Source: Dehalococcoidia bacterium
GTDB lineage: Bacteria > Chloroflexota > Dehalococcoidia > Lucifugimonadales > UBA3495
Assembly: GCA_030740155.1 (NCBI GenBank)
Contig: JASLXV010000040.1
Location: forward strand, 1 to 55,616
Direction of reading: 5' to 3'
Length of the DNA: 55,616 nucleotides
Shown: piece after piece, positions 1-9,460 of the stretch
Layout of the letters: each line of letters opens with the position of its first letter
How positions within the stretch are numbered: the stretch's first letter is position 1
Translations under genes and position numbers: made by a program
The notes under the pieces: model-generated
Databases searched by the model: none
Told to the model about the DNA's origin: nothing
Seen by the model: the letters and a program-made list of their open reading frames with translations, nothing else

Positions 1-129
1 AGAATCTGTGTTTGATTTGAATTCAGGGTTTTACAAGTTCGGCGGCGGTTCATGAGCTGCAGCTTAGAGTTCAAACACCGACCAAGAGATGAAGATAACA
101 ACGTCAAATCCAGTTAGGAGAAGGCTGCC

Positions 130-567
130 TTGATTACAGAACCTGTCTCAGCAGATATTTTATGGCTCTTCGATGAAGTTTGGCCTCTCATGGAATATTC
201 GCCGGTCCACCGTGACAGAATGATCGGAATGCAAGATGTAATCTCCAGCTGCTTTCAAGAATGGGCAACCGACCCGAATCAACTGCTCAGAGCACTCGAC
301 AACCTCGACGGCGTGGGGTTGGTCATCGCTAGCGGGCTGATATTTTCGGCTAATAGAAACACGATGGTCCCGTTCGACCAGTACACAACCGGCTGGTGCT
401 TGGAAAAGAATATTCTACCGGATCACTACATATCCCTAGAGGAGAATTACGCTAATTATTGCGGCCGGGTCTCAGACTACGTCCAAAACAGCCCACGTTT
501 GAATTCCGTCCTTGACTTTGTCAGGGAGGCGGCTAGTGAATCCCAATTTCCCATCCCGCCAAAATAA
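130..567 (+). CDS. Hypothetical protein with a helix-hairpin-helix-like segment
   Basis: 145-aa ORF with TTG start after AGGAG. LDNLDGVGLVIAS resembles an HhH motif. The region is visibly AT-richer than the rest of the window. Confidence 0.6.
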   Translation: MITEPVSADILWLFDEVWPLMEYSPVHRDRMIGMQDVISSCFQEWATDPNQLLRALDNLDGVGLVIASGLIFSANRNTMVPFDQYTTGWCLEKNILPDHYISLEENYANYCGRVSDYVQNSPRLNSVLDFVREAASESQFPIPPK

Positions 568-932
568 GGGGCGTCTATCGTTGCCGGTCAACGCCGTAGT
601 TGTCAACTCTAAGAGTAGGATGCCGGGCGACTATTACGATTCAGCACCGGGTTGTGATTTGCCGAAATGGCCAGATGAGGTAAAGCGTGTGATCAATTTT
701 GAGGATTATGCACTGCAGCTTTGATTTGCACGGTCACTCTGGGGGGGTTATTCACCATAGGAGATGAAGGATCATGTCTTTAAGAAATGGGAACTATGGT
801 GTTCTCCAGGATCCGGAGAAACGTCAGAGGTTGATTGACCTTGCCACGAGCTAAGTGGAAGTCAGGATTCTGTCGGCGTTAGGTGTGCATGATGCAAAAA
901 CGGCAACCGGTCGAAAATATTGGAGGTTAGAT

Positions 933-1241
933 ATGACTTCGAATACGCGTAGTAAAGCCGAAATGCGCTAGAATTTCTTTGAGCAAAGCCTGCTCCCTAA
1001 ACTCCGAGCGGAGCGTCCGATGTGGGGCTGGAGGATCCACGACCACTCTCCAAATGGGGGTTGGGCAAATCTCCACAGGGTCAAGCTCGATCTTTGGATG
1101 GGGGCAGGGTTCACTGCAGTTTTGTCAGGCTCCAAGCGCGTTAGGGACAAAGCCCACTCTGAACGGAATAGCTATAGCCAGGAGCGGAAGACCATGTTGC
1201 TGCTTCCCCTCCCGCAGAGTGAGGTAAGGAGCATCCAATAA
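933..1241 (+). pseudogene. Probable decayed gene with an in-frame TAG at 969-971
   Basis: GGAGG then ATG at 933. Frame reads MTSNTRSKAEMR*NFFEQSLLPKLRAERP and continues into ORF 1020..1241. Confidence 0.35.
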
Positions 1242-1389
1242 GGCGGAGGCCCCCCGATGACTCAGGACTTAAACAAACCCCATATCTATGATCCCAACGC
1301 CACCGATGAGGAAATCGACCAGTGGGTGCAAGGACTTTACGAACTCGAAGCTAGGCACGGGGTCGGAGTGGTCCCGGCACACGCCGTAG

Positions 1390-1758
1390 GGCCTGGGGGG
1401 CTGCGAGACCGGCGAGGCCAAGATCACCCGGGGCTATGACCTGGCCGCGCGTTGGGTGATCCATACCGTTGGGCCGGTGTGGCGGGGCGGTGGACACTCC
1501 GAGGATGAGTTGCTGGCCCGGTGCTACCGCAGTTGCCTCGCCTTGGCCGAGGGTAACGTAATGCGTTCTATCGGGTTCCCGGCCATCAGCACCGGGGTCT
1601 ACGGCTTTCCGCTGGAGCGGGCCACGTTGATCGCCGTCATCGAGACGAGGGACTTTCTGCGGACGAACGAGTCGGTTGAAGAGGTGACCTTCGTCTGCTT
1701 TACGCCGTACGCCTACCACTGCTACCTGTCCACAGTGCAAGAACTGGCCGGGCGGTGA
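1390..1758 (+). pseudogene. Macrodomain protein (YmdB / O-acetyl-ADP-ribose deacetylase-like), N-terminal half missing
   Basis: Frame from 1390 reads GLGGCETGEAKITRGYDLAARWVIHTVGPVW...SIGFPAISTGVYGFP. An in-frame TAG lies at 1387 and no GDIT/NAAN segment is found upstream. Confidence 0.85.
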
Positions 1759-1844
1759 TGTTCCGCCGCCCGGCGCTCGGGGCGTCCCCGCGCCTGCCCG
1801 CGTGATTTCTTGAGAGCCACGTATTCTAGAAGCTGTTTCAAAAT

Positions 1845-1950
1845 GTGGTTCGAAAAGCTCACCATGAACGGGGGAAGGCCTCTTTCCCGCTCACTCTGAG
1901 CTTGTCGAAGGGCGCCAGGCTAGTGGTTCGACAAGCTCACCACGAACGGC
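1845..1950. repeat. REP-like palindromic cluster (GGTTCGACAAGCTCACC / TGAGCTTGTCGAAGG)
   Basis: Alternating inverted copies between convergent genes. Confidence 0.8.
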
Positions 1951-1980
1951 GGCGGCAACGCCGATTATCGCAAGCAAGCC

Positions 1981-2397
1981 CTACTCGGGGATTACCCCAA
2001 GCTGTTGCATCATGCTCATATTATCTTCCATACCCCAGTGTTCCACCACCTTTCCCCCGGAGATGCGGACGATGTGAATCTCCGCCAAGTCGATCTGATT
2101 TCCGGTGGGAGCGATACCCATAAGGTCGCCCTGGTGCGTTCCCGTGGTCCTCATGCGTCCTACGACCCTGTCGCCCTCCGCTATCAGGTCTTCGACTTCA
2201 ACGTGAAGGTCGGGGAAGGCGGCGAAGAACATCCCGAGGGCCTGTTTGAAGCCCTCCATGCCCGGTTCACCGAAGGGCGGCGGATTGTGGTCGAGATAAT
2301 CGGCCGCGAAGAATTGGTCAACGGCGTCAGTGTTCTTGGCGTTTTCGACCTCCTCGATGAAGCGGCGGAAAAGAGCCTTGTTTTCCTCGAGTGACAT
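1981..2397 (-). CDS. SnoaL-like ester cyclase (NTF2 fold)
   Basis: AAFPDLHVEVEDLIAEGDRVV...GTHQGDLMGIAPTG pattern; AGGAGG RBS. Confidence 0.92.
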   Translation of the reverse strand: MSLEENKALFRRFIEEVENAKNTDAVDQFFAADYLDHNPPPFGEPGMEGFKQALGMFFAAFPDLHVEVEDLIAEGDRVVGRMRTTGTHQGDLMGIAPTGNQIDLAEIHIVRISGGKVVEHWGMEDNMSMMQQLGVIPE

Positions 2398-2442
2398 GGA
2401 GCCTCCTGCTTTTATCGGGTCTATTTCATCGTTTCAAGAATA

Positions 2443-2550
2443 GGGTGGTGAGCGCCACCTCTCCCAAGGGACGAAGGTAGGGCCCGAGGTGCTCCGCCTC
2501 CGGCGCACTTGCCGGTTACTATGAACCAAGGCGCTGGGAGCGATCCGACC
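2443..2550 (-). ncRNA. Candidate structured RNA/leader motif, copy A (similar to 17845..17938)
   Basis: Outer CUCCCA/UGGGAG stem, UAACCGG, central CGCC-GGA-GGCG hairpin and a terminal hairpin. The blocks are shared in order with copy B. Confidence 0.35.
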
Positions 2551-2554
2551 TGTT

Positions 2555-2707
2555 GTACCGTCCTGCAAATCTCTGTACATCGGCTAGGTTGAGCGACCTT
2601 TCCTCTCCTGGATCGTCTTTCCGGCGAAGGCCGGAATCCAGAGAAGCGCTAGCTGGATCCCGGCCTTCGCTGGGATGACGGACCGGGCATCAAGCCGTTT
2701 ATGAGAC
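2555..2707 (-). mobile_element. MITE-like element with an internal GTC(A/T)TTCCGGCGAAGGCCGGAATCCAG-type palindrome, copy 1
   Basis: Reverse complement aligns end to end with 48458..48610, including an exact ATTTGCAGGACGGTAC terminus. Confidence 0.65.
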
Positions 2708-2738
2708 GTTGGCTGTCAGTCTACCCGATGCAGACATT

Positions 2739-2811
2739 TGTCGTTTCGGCCGCAGGGAGGAATCTCGTTATTACGCTGAGATTCCTCATTGCTCCGCTCC
2801 TCGGAATGACA
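2739..2811. repeat. REP-like palindrome (GAGGAATCTC...GAGATTCCTC...GGAATGACA)
   Basis: Nested inverted repeat in an intergenic region. Confidence 0.7.
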
Positions 2812-2872
2812 TTCTGCCAAAACCAAGTTGGCTCAGTGCTACACCGGATAATGCCCTCACCTCAGCAGACTA

Positions 2873-4063
2873 TTAAATCTTCCCCAGCGCCTCCTCCAGG
2901 CGGCCCACGCCCTCGTCGATCTCCTCACGAGTGATGTTCAGCGGCGGCATTAGCCGGACGGCGTTGGGCTTCACGCCGTTGAGCAAGAGCCCGGCCTCGT
3001 TGGCGTGGGTCAAGACCTGGCCGGAGATATCACTTTCGAATTCAACGGCGGCCAGCAACCCCTTGCCTCGCACGTCGGTCACGAAGGAGAAGCGGGATCG
3101 CAACTCGTTCAGCCGGCCGAGCAGGTACCCCTCCATGACCTTGACCTGGGCCGGTATGTCGTTGTCGACGAGGAACTTGGTCCCGGCGTAGGCGGCGGCG
3201 GTGGTGAGGACGTTGCCTCCGAAGGTGGAGCCGTGGTCGCCGGGGACCAGGGCCATGCAGAACTCTTTGGACATGAATGCGCCGATGGGCACGCCGTGGC
3301 CGAGCCCCTTGGCCAAGGTGATCACGTCGGGCTCGATGCCGTACTCCTGGTAGCCGAAGAGGCTGCCCAGCCGGCCAATGCCGGTCTGCACCTCGTCCAG
3401 CATGAGCAGAATCCCCTGGCGGTCGCACCACTCGCGGACCCGGATCAAGTAGTCGTCATCGGGTATGTTGACGCCGCCCTCGCCCTGGACCGGCTCCAGG
3501 AACACGGCGGCGGTCTTGTCGGTGGTGGCGCTCATGATGCCTTCCACGTCGTTGTAGTCCACGTGGACGAAGCCGGGCAGCAGCGGGGTGAAGTTCACCT
3601 GGTAATGGGGTTGACCGGTGGCTGCCACCGTACCCATCGTCCGGCCATGGAAAGAGTTGTAGGCGGTGATCACCTCGAAGGCGCCGTCCCGGTGCAGCTT
3701 GCCGTACCGGCGGGCCAGCTTCAACGCCCCCTCGTTGGCCTCGGCGCCGCTATTGCCGAAAAACACCCGGTCCAGGCAACTGTTATCGATGAGAATCTGG
3801 GCCAGGTGAAGCTGGGGCACGGTGAAGAACTGGTTGGAGGTCTGCACCAGCGTGCCGGCCTGGGCGACGATGGCCTCCGTCACCGCGGGATGGCAATGGC
3901 CGAGGTTGTTCACGGCCCAGCCGGCCACGAAATCCAGGTACTCTTTACCGTCGGCGTCCCAGACCCGGGTCCCCTCGCCCTTGACGATGACCACCGGCTG
4001 CCGCCGCACCGTTTGGGCGTAGTATTTGGTTTCGATGTCGATCCACTCGCTGCTCTTGCTCAC
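2873..4063 (-). CDS. argD: Acetylornithine aminotransferase
   Basis: Class III aminotransferase motifs SGAEANEGA, SFHGRT, EPVQGEGG, DEVQTG and TLAKGLG; near argB/argJ. Confidence 0.93.
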   Translation of the reverse strand: MSKSSEWIDIETKYYAQTVRRQPVVIVKGEGTRVWDADGKEYLDFVAGWAVNNLGHCHPAVTEAIVAQAGTLVQTSNQFFTVPQLHLAQILIDNSCLDRVFFGNSGAEANEGALKLARRYGKLHRDGAFEVITAYNSFHGRTMGTVAATGQPHYQVNFTPLLPGFVHVDYNDVEGIMSATTDKTAAVFLEPVQGEGGVNIPDDDYLIRVREWCDRQGILLMLDEVQTGIGRLGSLFGYQEYGIEPDVITLAKGLGHGVPIGAFMSKEFCMALVPGDHGSTFGGNVLTTAAAYAGTKFLVDNDIPAQVKVMEGYLLGRLNELRSRFSFVTDVRGKGLLAAVEFESDISGQVLTHANEAGLLLNGVKPNAVRLMPPLNITREEIDEGVGRLEEALGKI

Positions 4064-6789
4064 TTCGTAGTACCTCCCAAAGACTCGCGCAGGCTCTCCA
4101 GTGCTTCCTCCAGTTCATCTACCGCGGCGTCCAAACCGGACACCGCTTCGCCAATCCGGTCCAGTTCTTCCAGGCCCGGCGGCGTTTCACCGTCGACGGC
4201 CGGTGTTGAATCCGAAGATTCCGGCGGGGCCGGCTTGTCGCCTACCAGCATGGCCAGCCCCTGCTCGATATCGTCGGCCATGACCACGTTGCCGGCGTCG
4301 GCCAGTATCACCTTCTTCAGTTCCGGGAAGGCCAGCCCCTCCGACTGGAGGTAGAGAGGCTCCACGTAGATTATCGCGCCGGCCACCGGAATGACCAGCA
4401 GTTGGCCCCGGATGATCTGCGAGCCGGCCCCTTCCCAGAGGGTGAACTGCTGGGAAATCCGCTGGTCGTTCTCGATCCGGGCCTCCACCTGGCTGGGCCC
4501 GTCAATCTGCGGGTCGCTGGGCACCTGGAAACCGAGGAGCCGCCCGTAATGGGGCGGGTCGCTGCGGGCTACCATCCAGCCTACCAGGTTCTTCTTCTCC
4601 CCCGCCGGGCTGAAAGGGACCATCAGCACGAACTCTTCTTTTTCCTCTTCGGGCATCTGCAGCACCAGGTAGGAAGGGGTCACCTCCACTCCCCGTTTGC
4701 CGAAACGGGTCTCCAAAGGAATGGCCCACTGCTCCGCCTGGTTGAAGAACACCTGGGGGTCGGTTACATGGTACCGCAAATAGGTGCGGGCCTGGGCCGA
4801 GAAAAGGCGCACCGGGTAGCGCATATGGTCTTGCAGGTCCTGTGGCATCGCCTCCAAGTCTTCGAACAGGTCTGGGAACGCCTTTCGATACATCCGAAGC
4901 AACGGGTCTTCCGGGTCGAGAACGTAAAAATGAACCTCCCCATTATAGGCGTCGACGGCCACTTTGACACTGTTGCGAATGTAATTAAGCTCGCCGTCCA
5001 GTCTGGCGGAATAGGGATAGCGGTCGGTGGCGGTGTAGGTATCTTGCAACCACCAGATGCGCCCTTCGCCGTCCAGCACCGGGTAGGGGTCGGCGTCGAG
5101 TTCGAGAAACGGCGCGATGGCTCCCACGCGCTCCCGGATCTGGCGGCGGTACTGGATGCGGCTGTCCGAGGTTACCTGGTCGGTGAGCAGGATGTTGATG
5201 TCGGAGAACTGCCAGGCGTAGGCGAGGCGTCGTAGCGCTGAGTCCAGGGATATCCCGCCGGCGCCATCGTAGTGCTGAAAGCCGGCGCTGGGGTTGACTT
5301 CCGGCATGGTGCTGTTGACGATGGTGAAGTTTGCGGGGCTTTCACTGTAATACAGCTCGGGCCGCGACACCGGGAACTCACCCCGAATGGGGATGTCCTG
5401 GAGGAAGTACTGGGGGCGGCCCTCGCCGGGGCTGAACCCGGTGGTGGGGCTCATGGATACGCCGTAGCCGTGGGTGTACTGCAGTTTTCGGTTTACCCAA
5501 TTCTGCGCGTCCGGCGGCAGGTTCTGCGAGTCCAGTTCCCTGGCCCCCACCAGCACCTGGCGCAGCCGGCCGTCCACCACGTAGCGGTCCGAGTCCAGGT
5601 CGAGAAACCGGTAGTACAGCTCCATGAACTGGAGCTGATTGTAGGCGTCCAGCAATGGCTGAGGGTCCCACAACCGAATGTTGTCCAGGGTGGCCCGGTT
5701 GTCCCGTAACGCCAGGGCGTCCAGCGTGCCGGTTGCCGGGTAGGGGACCGGGTCAACCAACTCCAACTGATAGGCGGCACGGGTCGCTTCCAGGTTGCGG
5801 AGGATGTAGGGAAGCTCCCGTGTGAACTCGTCGGGCTCCACCTGGAATCGCTGGAACAGGGCCGGGTAGGCCAAGTCCGCCAGCAGCACCACGATAACCC
5901 ACAGGCTGAAGGCGCCGGCCATCAAACGGAGGCCGCCGAAGTAGTTGCTGACGCCGAAGCCGACTGCCCCCAGGATGCCGACGCTGGTCAAGAGCCACAG
6001 GACGGGGATGCGGGCGTGGACATCGGTGTAGGTGGCGCCGAAAACCACCCCTTTGCCCGAGAGCACCAGCTCGTACACGTCCAGCGCGTGGCCGGCGGCG
6101 ATACTCAGCATCAGCAGCAAACCCATAACCGCCGCATGCTTCATCATCCGGGGAGCCAGGACCAACCCGAGGCCGCGCAGGCCGTATCGCGAGCTATACA
6201 GGGCCAGGCAGGTCACGATGGTGACGATGAGCAGCCCCATGGTCCAGCCCTGGATGAAGTTAAGCAGGCGGAGCGTCACCACGTAGAAGGAGATGTCCAG
6301 GCCAAACTGGGGATCGGTGGCGTTGAAGGGCGCCCTGTTGAAGTAAAGTAGGAAAGTCTCCCAGCGCCCGGACGCAACCGCGCCGAATATGGGAGCGGCG
6401 ATCAACACGGTGAGACCGGCGGTTCCGAATATCAGCGCCCGTAGCGACCGGACCACATCGTCTTTCAAGATGCGTGTCGAGGGCCCCCGGGAGAAGCGGA
6501 CCGCCAGATACATGTTCCCGGAAAGGAAGGCCGCAGCCGCCAGGGCGCCGCCCAGGAAGAGCCACGCCTTCAGGATCAGGAGCTTGGTGTAGACGCTGAG
6601 AAGACCCAGCCGGTCGAACCACAGCCAGTCGGTGTATACGGCGCGGACCCACCACAGGCTTAAGACCAGCAAGACCAGGGCGACGAGGGCCAGAGCCCAG
6701 CGGCGAGCCAGGCGGAGCTGGGCCGCGGAAATACCGGGAACCCCTGGACTTGGGGTTATTTCAGCGTCGTCGGTGAGATCGTAGCTCAT
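4060..6789 (-). CDS. UPF0182 family membrane protein
   Basis: N-terminal TM helices, DPQFGLDISFYV, NIRLWDP, YTHGYG, NYIRNSVK and YVEPLY; stop overlaps the argD start. Confidence 0.93.
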   Translation of the reverse strand: MSYDLTDDAEITPSPGVPGISAAQLRLARRWALALVALVLLVLSLWWVRAVYTDWLWFDRLGLLSVYTKLLILKAWLFLGGALAAAAFLSGNMYLAVRFSRGPSTRILKDDVVRSLRALIFGTAGLTVLIAAPIFGAVASGRWETFLLYFNRAPFNATDPQFGLDISFYVVTLRLLNFIQGWTMGLLIVTIVTCLALYSSRYGLRGLGLVLAPRMMKHAAVMGLLLMLSIAAGHALDVYELVLSGKGVVFGATYTDVHARIPVLWLLTSVGILGAVGFGVSNYFGGLRLMAGAFSLWVIVVLLADLAYPALFQRFQVEPDEFTRELPYILRNLEATRAAYQLELVDPVPYPATGTLDALALRDNRATLDNIRLWDPQPLLDAYNQLQFMELYYRFLDLDSDRYVVDGRLRQVLVGARELDSQNLPPDAQNWVNRKLQYTHGYGVSMSPTTGFSPGEGRPQYFLQDIPIRGEFPVSRPELYYSESPANFTIVNSTMPEVNPSAGFQHYDGAGGISLDSALRRLAYAWQFSDINILLTDQVTSDSRIQYRRQIRERVGAIAPFLELDADPYPVLDGEGRIWWLQDTYTATDRYPYSARLDGELNYIRNSVKVAVDAYNGEVHFYVLDPEDPLLRMYRKAFPDLFEDLEAMPQDLQDHMRYPVRLFSAQARTYLRYHVTDPQVFFNQAEQWAIPLETRFGKRGVEVTPSYLVLQMPEEEKEEFVLMVPFSPAGEKKNLVGWMVARSDPPHYGRLLGFQVPSDPQIDGPSQVEARIENDQRISQQFTLWEGAGSQIIRGQLLVIPVAGAIIYVEPLYLQSEGLAFPELKKVILADAGNVVMADDIEQGLAMLVGDKPAPPESSDSTPAVDGETPPGLEELDRIGEAVSGLDAAVDELEEALESLRESLGGTTK

Positions 6790-6849
6790 GGCCGATCGCC
6801 ACCGTCGCCCCCAAAGTTACCGGACTCGACGGCCAAGCTCCGCGAGGCG

Positions 6850-7030
6850 TAAATCCCCCTTGGTCCTCCTTTTGGAAAGGAGGATATCGAAGGGTTTGAA
6901 TCGACCGGGCAGCCGTCAAGCATGCTTGGCCCCTCTGAATAAAGGGTGGGTTCGGGGTGTCACCCACCCTTTCTATCCTATCTCGCCTGGGGGACACGAA
7001 GAGGTGTAGGGGCGGGTTTCAACCCCCTCG
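6850..7030. repeat. Cluster of palindromic repeats (AAATCCCCC...CTCCTTT..AAAGGAG type, plus GTAGGGGCG REP-like)
   Basis: Same family as 27464..27511 and 32927..32968; GTAG-type hairpin at about 7005-7030. Confidence 0.65.
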
Positions 7031-7086
7031 AACGGCGGCATTCAAGCCCTCGTGCGCGATGGCAGAACGCATCTCCTGAGCCAGCG

Positions 7087-7872
7087 CTAGGCGGTAATGG
7101 TGGTGCCGGAGGCAACCCCCCGGACGCATTCCAGCAACGCCTCCGGCCTCCGGCCGTCGATGATGTCGGCTACAGGCGAACGCTCCAGGGCCCGAAGGCA
7201 AGCGGCTAGCTTGGGAATCATGCCGCTGCCAACCACCCCGGATCGGGCAAGGATGCTGGCCCGGCGCCGGTCCAGCCGTCGGATCACCCGGTTGTTGCCG
7301 TCCAGGATTCCTTCCACGTCCGTCAGGAAGATCAGGCGTTCCGCGCCCAGGGCATGGGCCAACTCCCCGGCCACGGTGTCGCCGTTGATGTTGAGGGGCG
7401 CCCCGGAATGCTCCGACCCGTCCTGGCGATGGCCGGCCAGGGGGGCCACCAGGGGGATGTACCCGCTGTCCAGGATCGCCTGCAACGGCTCGCCGTCGAC
7501 CTTGGAAATCTCGCCAACGAACCCCAATTCGGGATTGGCGATGTGGGCCTCCAGCATGCCGCCGTCGATGCCGCTGATGCCGATGGCGCGGCCGCCCAGA
7601 TGATGGACCCGCGCGACCAGCTCCTTGTTGATCAATCCGGTCAGCACCGCCACGACTATTTCCAGGCTCGGCTCGTCGGTGACCCGCAGGCCGCCAACGA
7701 AGCGCGGCCGTAGACCCTGGCGCTGCATCCACTGGGAGATTACCGGGCCCCCGCCGTGGACCACCACCAGGGCAACTCCCTCCTGCTGAAGGGTTACCAG
7801 GTCCTTCAGGCTGGTGTCTTGATTGCTCAGGGTGCTGCCCCCGATTTTCACGACTATCGGTGGGCCAGGCAT
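7087..7872 (-). CDS. argB: Acetylglutamate kinase
   Basis: VVKIGG, VVHGGG, GLRVTD, NINGDTVA and GMIPKL. ATG at 7872 follows GGAGGT. Confidence 0.95.
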   Translation of the reverse strand: MPGPPIVVKIGGSTLSNQDTSLKDLVTLQQEGVALVVVHGGGPVISQWMQRQGLRPRFVGGLRVTDEPSLEIVVAVLTGLINKELVARVHHLGGRAIGISGIDGGMLEAHIANPELGFVGEISKVDGEPLQAILDSGYIPLVAPLAGHRQDGSEHSGAPLNINGDTVAGELAHALGAERLIFLTDVEGILDGNNRVIRRLDRRRASILARSGVVGSGMIPKLAACLRALERSPVADIIDGRRPEALLECVRGVASGTTITA

Positions 7873-8030
7873 TCCACCTCCCAATTAGCGAAGGTGAAAT
7901 GTGCGGTCAAATGTTGCCCAGGTGAATAAAGCATAGTCGCGGAATGAGCCAAGGGAATAGACAGCAGGTTAGCTGTGCAATGGAGAGTAGCGGCCGGCAC
8001 TGCCTTCCGGAAGGCCAAGGTGCACCCGGC

Positions 8031-9248
8031 TCAGGTGGAATACGCGCTGTTGATGATCACGTACTGCTCGGTGAGATCACATCCCCAGGCGGTGGCCTGG
8101 CCGTCTCCCAGGTTGAGGTTCAGCTTGAAGGTCACCTCGGACCCGCGCATCAACACCACCACCGCGTCCCGGTGGAAGGGGATCTGCTTGCCCTCCTGCA
8201 TGATGCAGACCCCGTTGATGTACAGATCGATCTTATCCTCGGTGACGGCGGCGGCGCTTCGGCCCAGGGCGGCCAGCACCCTTCCCCAGTTGGGGTCGGC
8301 CCCAAAGACCGCCGATTTTACCAGGCTGGAAGAGGCGATGGTGCGGGCCGCTTTGCGGGCGTCCGGTATATCCTTGGCCCCCGTCACTTCGACCACGATG
8401 AGCCGGGTCGCTCCCTCGCCGTCGCGGGCCATCTCCCTTGTTAAGTGAACACAGACCTCCGTCAGGGCGCCCTTGAAGGTCGCCGCGTCGGGTGAACCCG
8501 CGGTAATCGGCCGGTTGGCCGCCAGCCCGTTGGCCAGTACCAGCAGGGTGTCATTGGTGCTGGTGTCACCATCTATGGTCAGCATGTTGAACGAGGCGTC
8601 GGCCACCTCGCGTAGCGTGTCCTGCAAGAAATCCCTATCAACGGCAGCATCGGTGGTTATGAAGGCCAGCATGGTGGCCATGTTGGGATGGATCATCCCG
8701 GAGCCCTTGGTGACTCCGCCCATGCGGACCTGCTTGCCGTCGAGTGTGAAGGTAACCGCCACTTCTTTGGGCCGGGTATCGGTGGTCATCATGGCCCGAG
8801 CCAACTGCGAACCACCGTGCTGGGAAAGCTCGATGGTTTGGATGCCGTCGCGAATCAGGGACATGGGGAGTTCCACGCCGATGATGCCGGTGCTGCAGAC
8901 CAACACCTCTCTCCGCTGTACCCCAAGCCGCTCGGCGGCCAGGCCTGTCATCTCCTCGGCGTCTTTGTAACCCTGCTCGCCGACGCAGGTGTTGGCGATG
9001 CCCGCGTTGACCACCAGCCCCCGTACCGGCCCCTTGACAAGGTGATCTTGGGTCACGTTGACCGACGGCGACTTTATGGTGCTGGTGGTGAAAACACCGG
9101 CGGCGACGCAGGGGGCTTCGGAGAGAAGCAGGCTCAGGTCCAGCTTGTCTTCAGCGTAGGTCTTCAGCCCGGCGTAGGTGGCCCCGGCGAGGAAGCCCTG
9201 GACGCTGGTTACCGTCCCGCCCTCCAGGAAGTCGATCGCACCTGCCAT
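8031..9248 (-). CDS. argJ: Ornithine acetyltransferase / N-acetylglutamate synthase
   Basis: KGSGMIHPNMATML, DGDTSTND, RDGEGAT and DPNWGR. Confidence 0.97.
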   Translation of the reverse strand: MAGAIDFLEGGTVTSVQGFLAGATYAGLKTYAEDKLDLSLLLSEAPCVAAGVFTTSTIKSPSVNVTQDHLVKGPVRGLVVNAGIANTCVGEQGYKDAEEMTGLAAERLGVQRREVLVCSTGIIGVELPMSLIRDGIQTIELSQHGGSQLARAMMTTDTRPKEVAVTFTLDGKQVRMGGVTKGSGMIHPNMATMLAFITTDAAVDRDFLQDTLREVADASFNMLTIDGDTSTNDTLLVLANGLAANRPITAGSPDAATFKGALTEVCVHLTREMARDGEGATRLIVVEVTGAKDIPDARKAARTIASSSLVKSAVFGADPNWGRVLAALGRSAAAVTEDKIDLYINGVCIMQEGKQIPFHRDAVVVLMRGSEVTFKLNLNLGDGQATAWGCDLTEQYVIINSAYST

Positions 9249-9460
9249 GGGAACCTTTCCTTACTAGTCACGCTAGTCACGAATTCTGGAATCGCGCCGG
9301 CTAGGAGTATATCACAGCGGCCAGCCGCCTTAAAGCGACGCCGGACCCTGGCCGTGGCTCAACGACGGCGGGTCCCCGGAGGCAACCACGGTGGACTTGC
9401 TCATTCCGCTCACCCTATAATCGTTACGAGAGATCGTTGTTATTGGAGATTGTTGATCCC

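Noticed and set aside
95..120. tRNA-Sec fragment suggested by TCAAATCCAGTT
   Set aside because: No anticodon stem, T-arm or acceptor stem can be formed.
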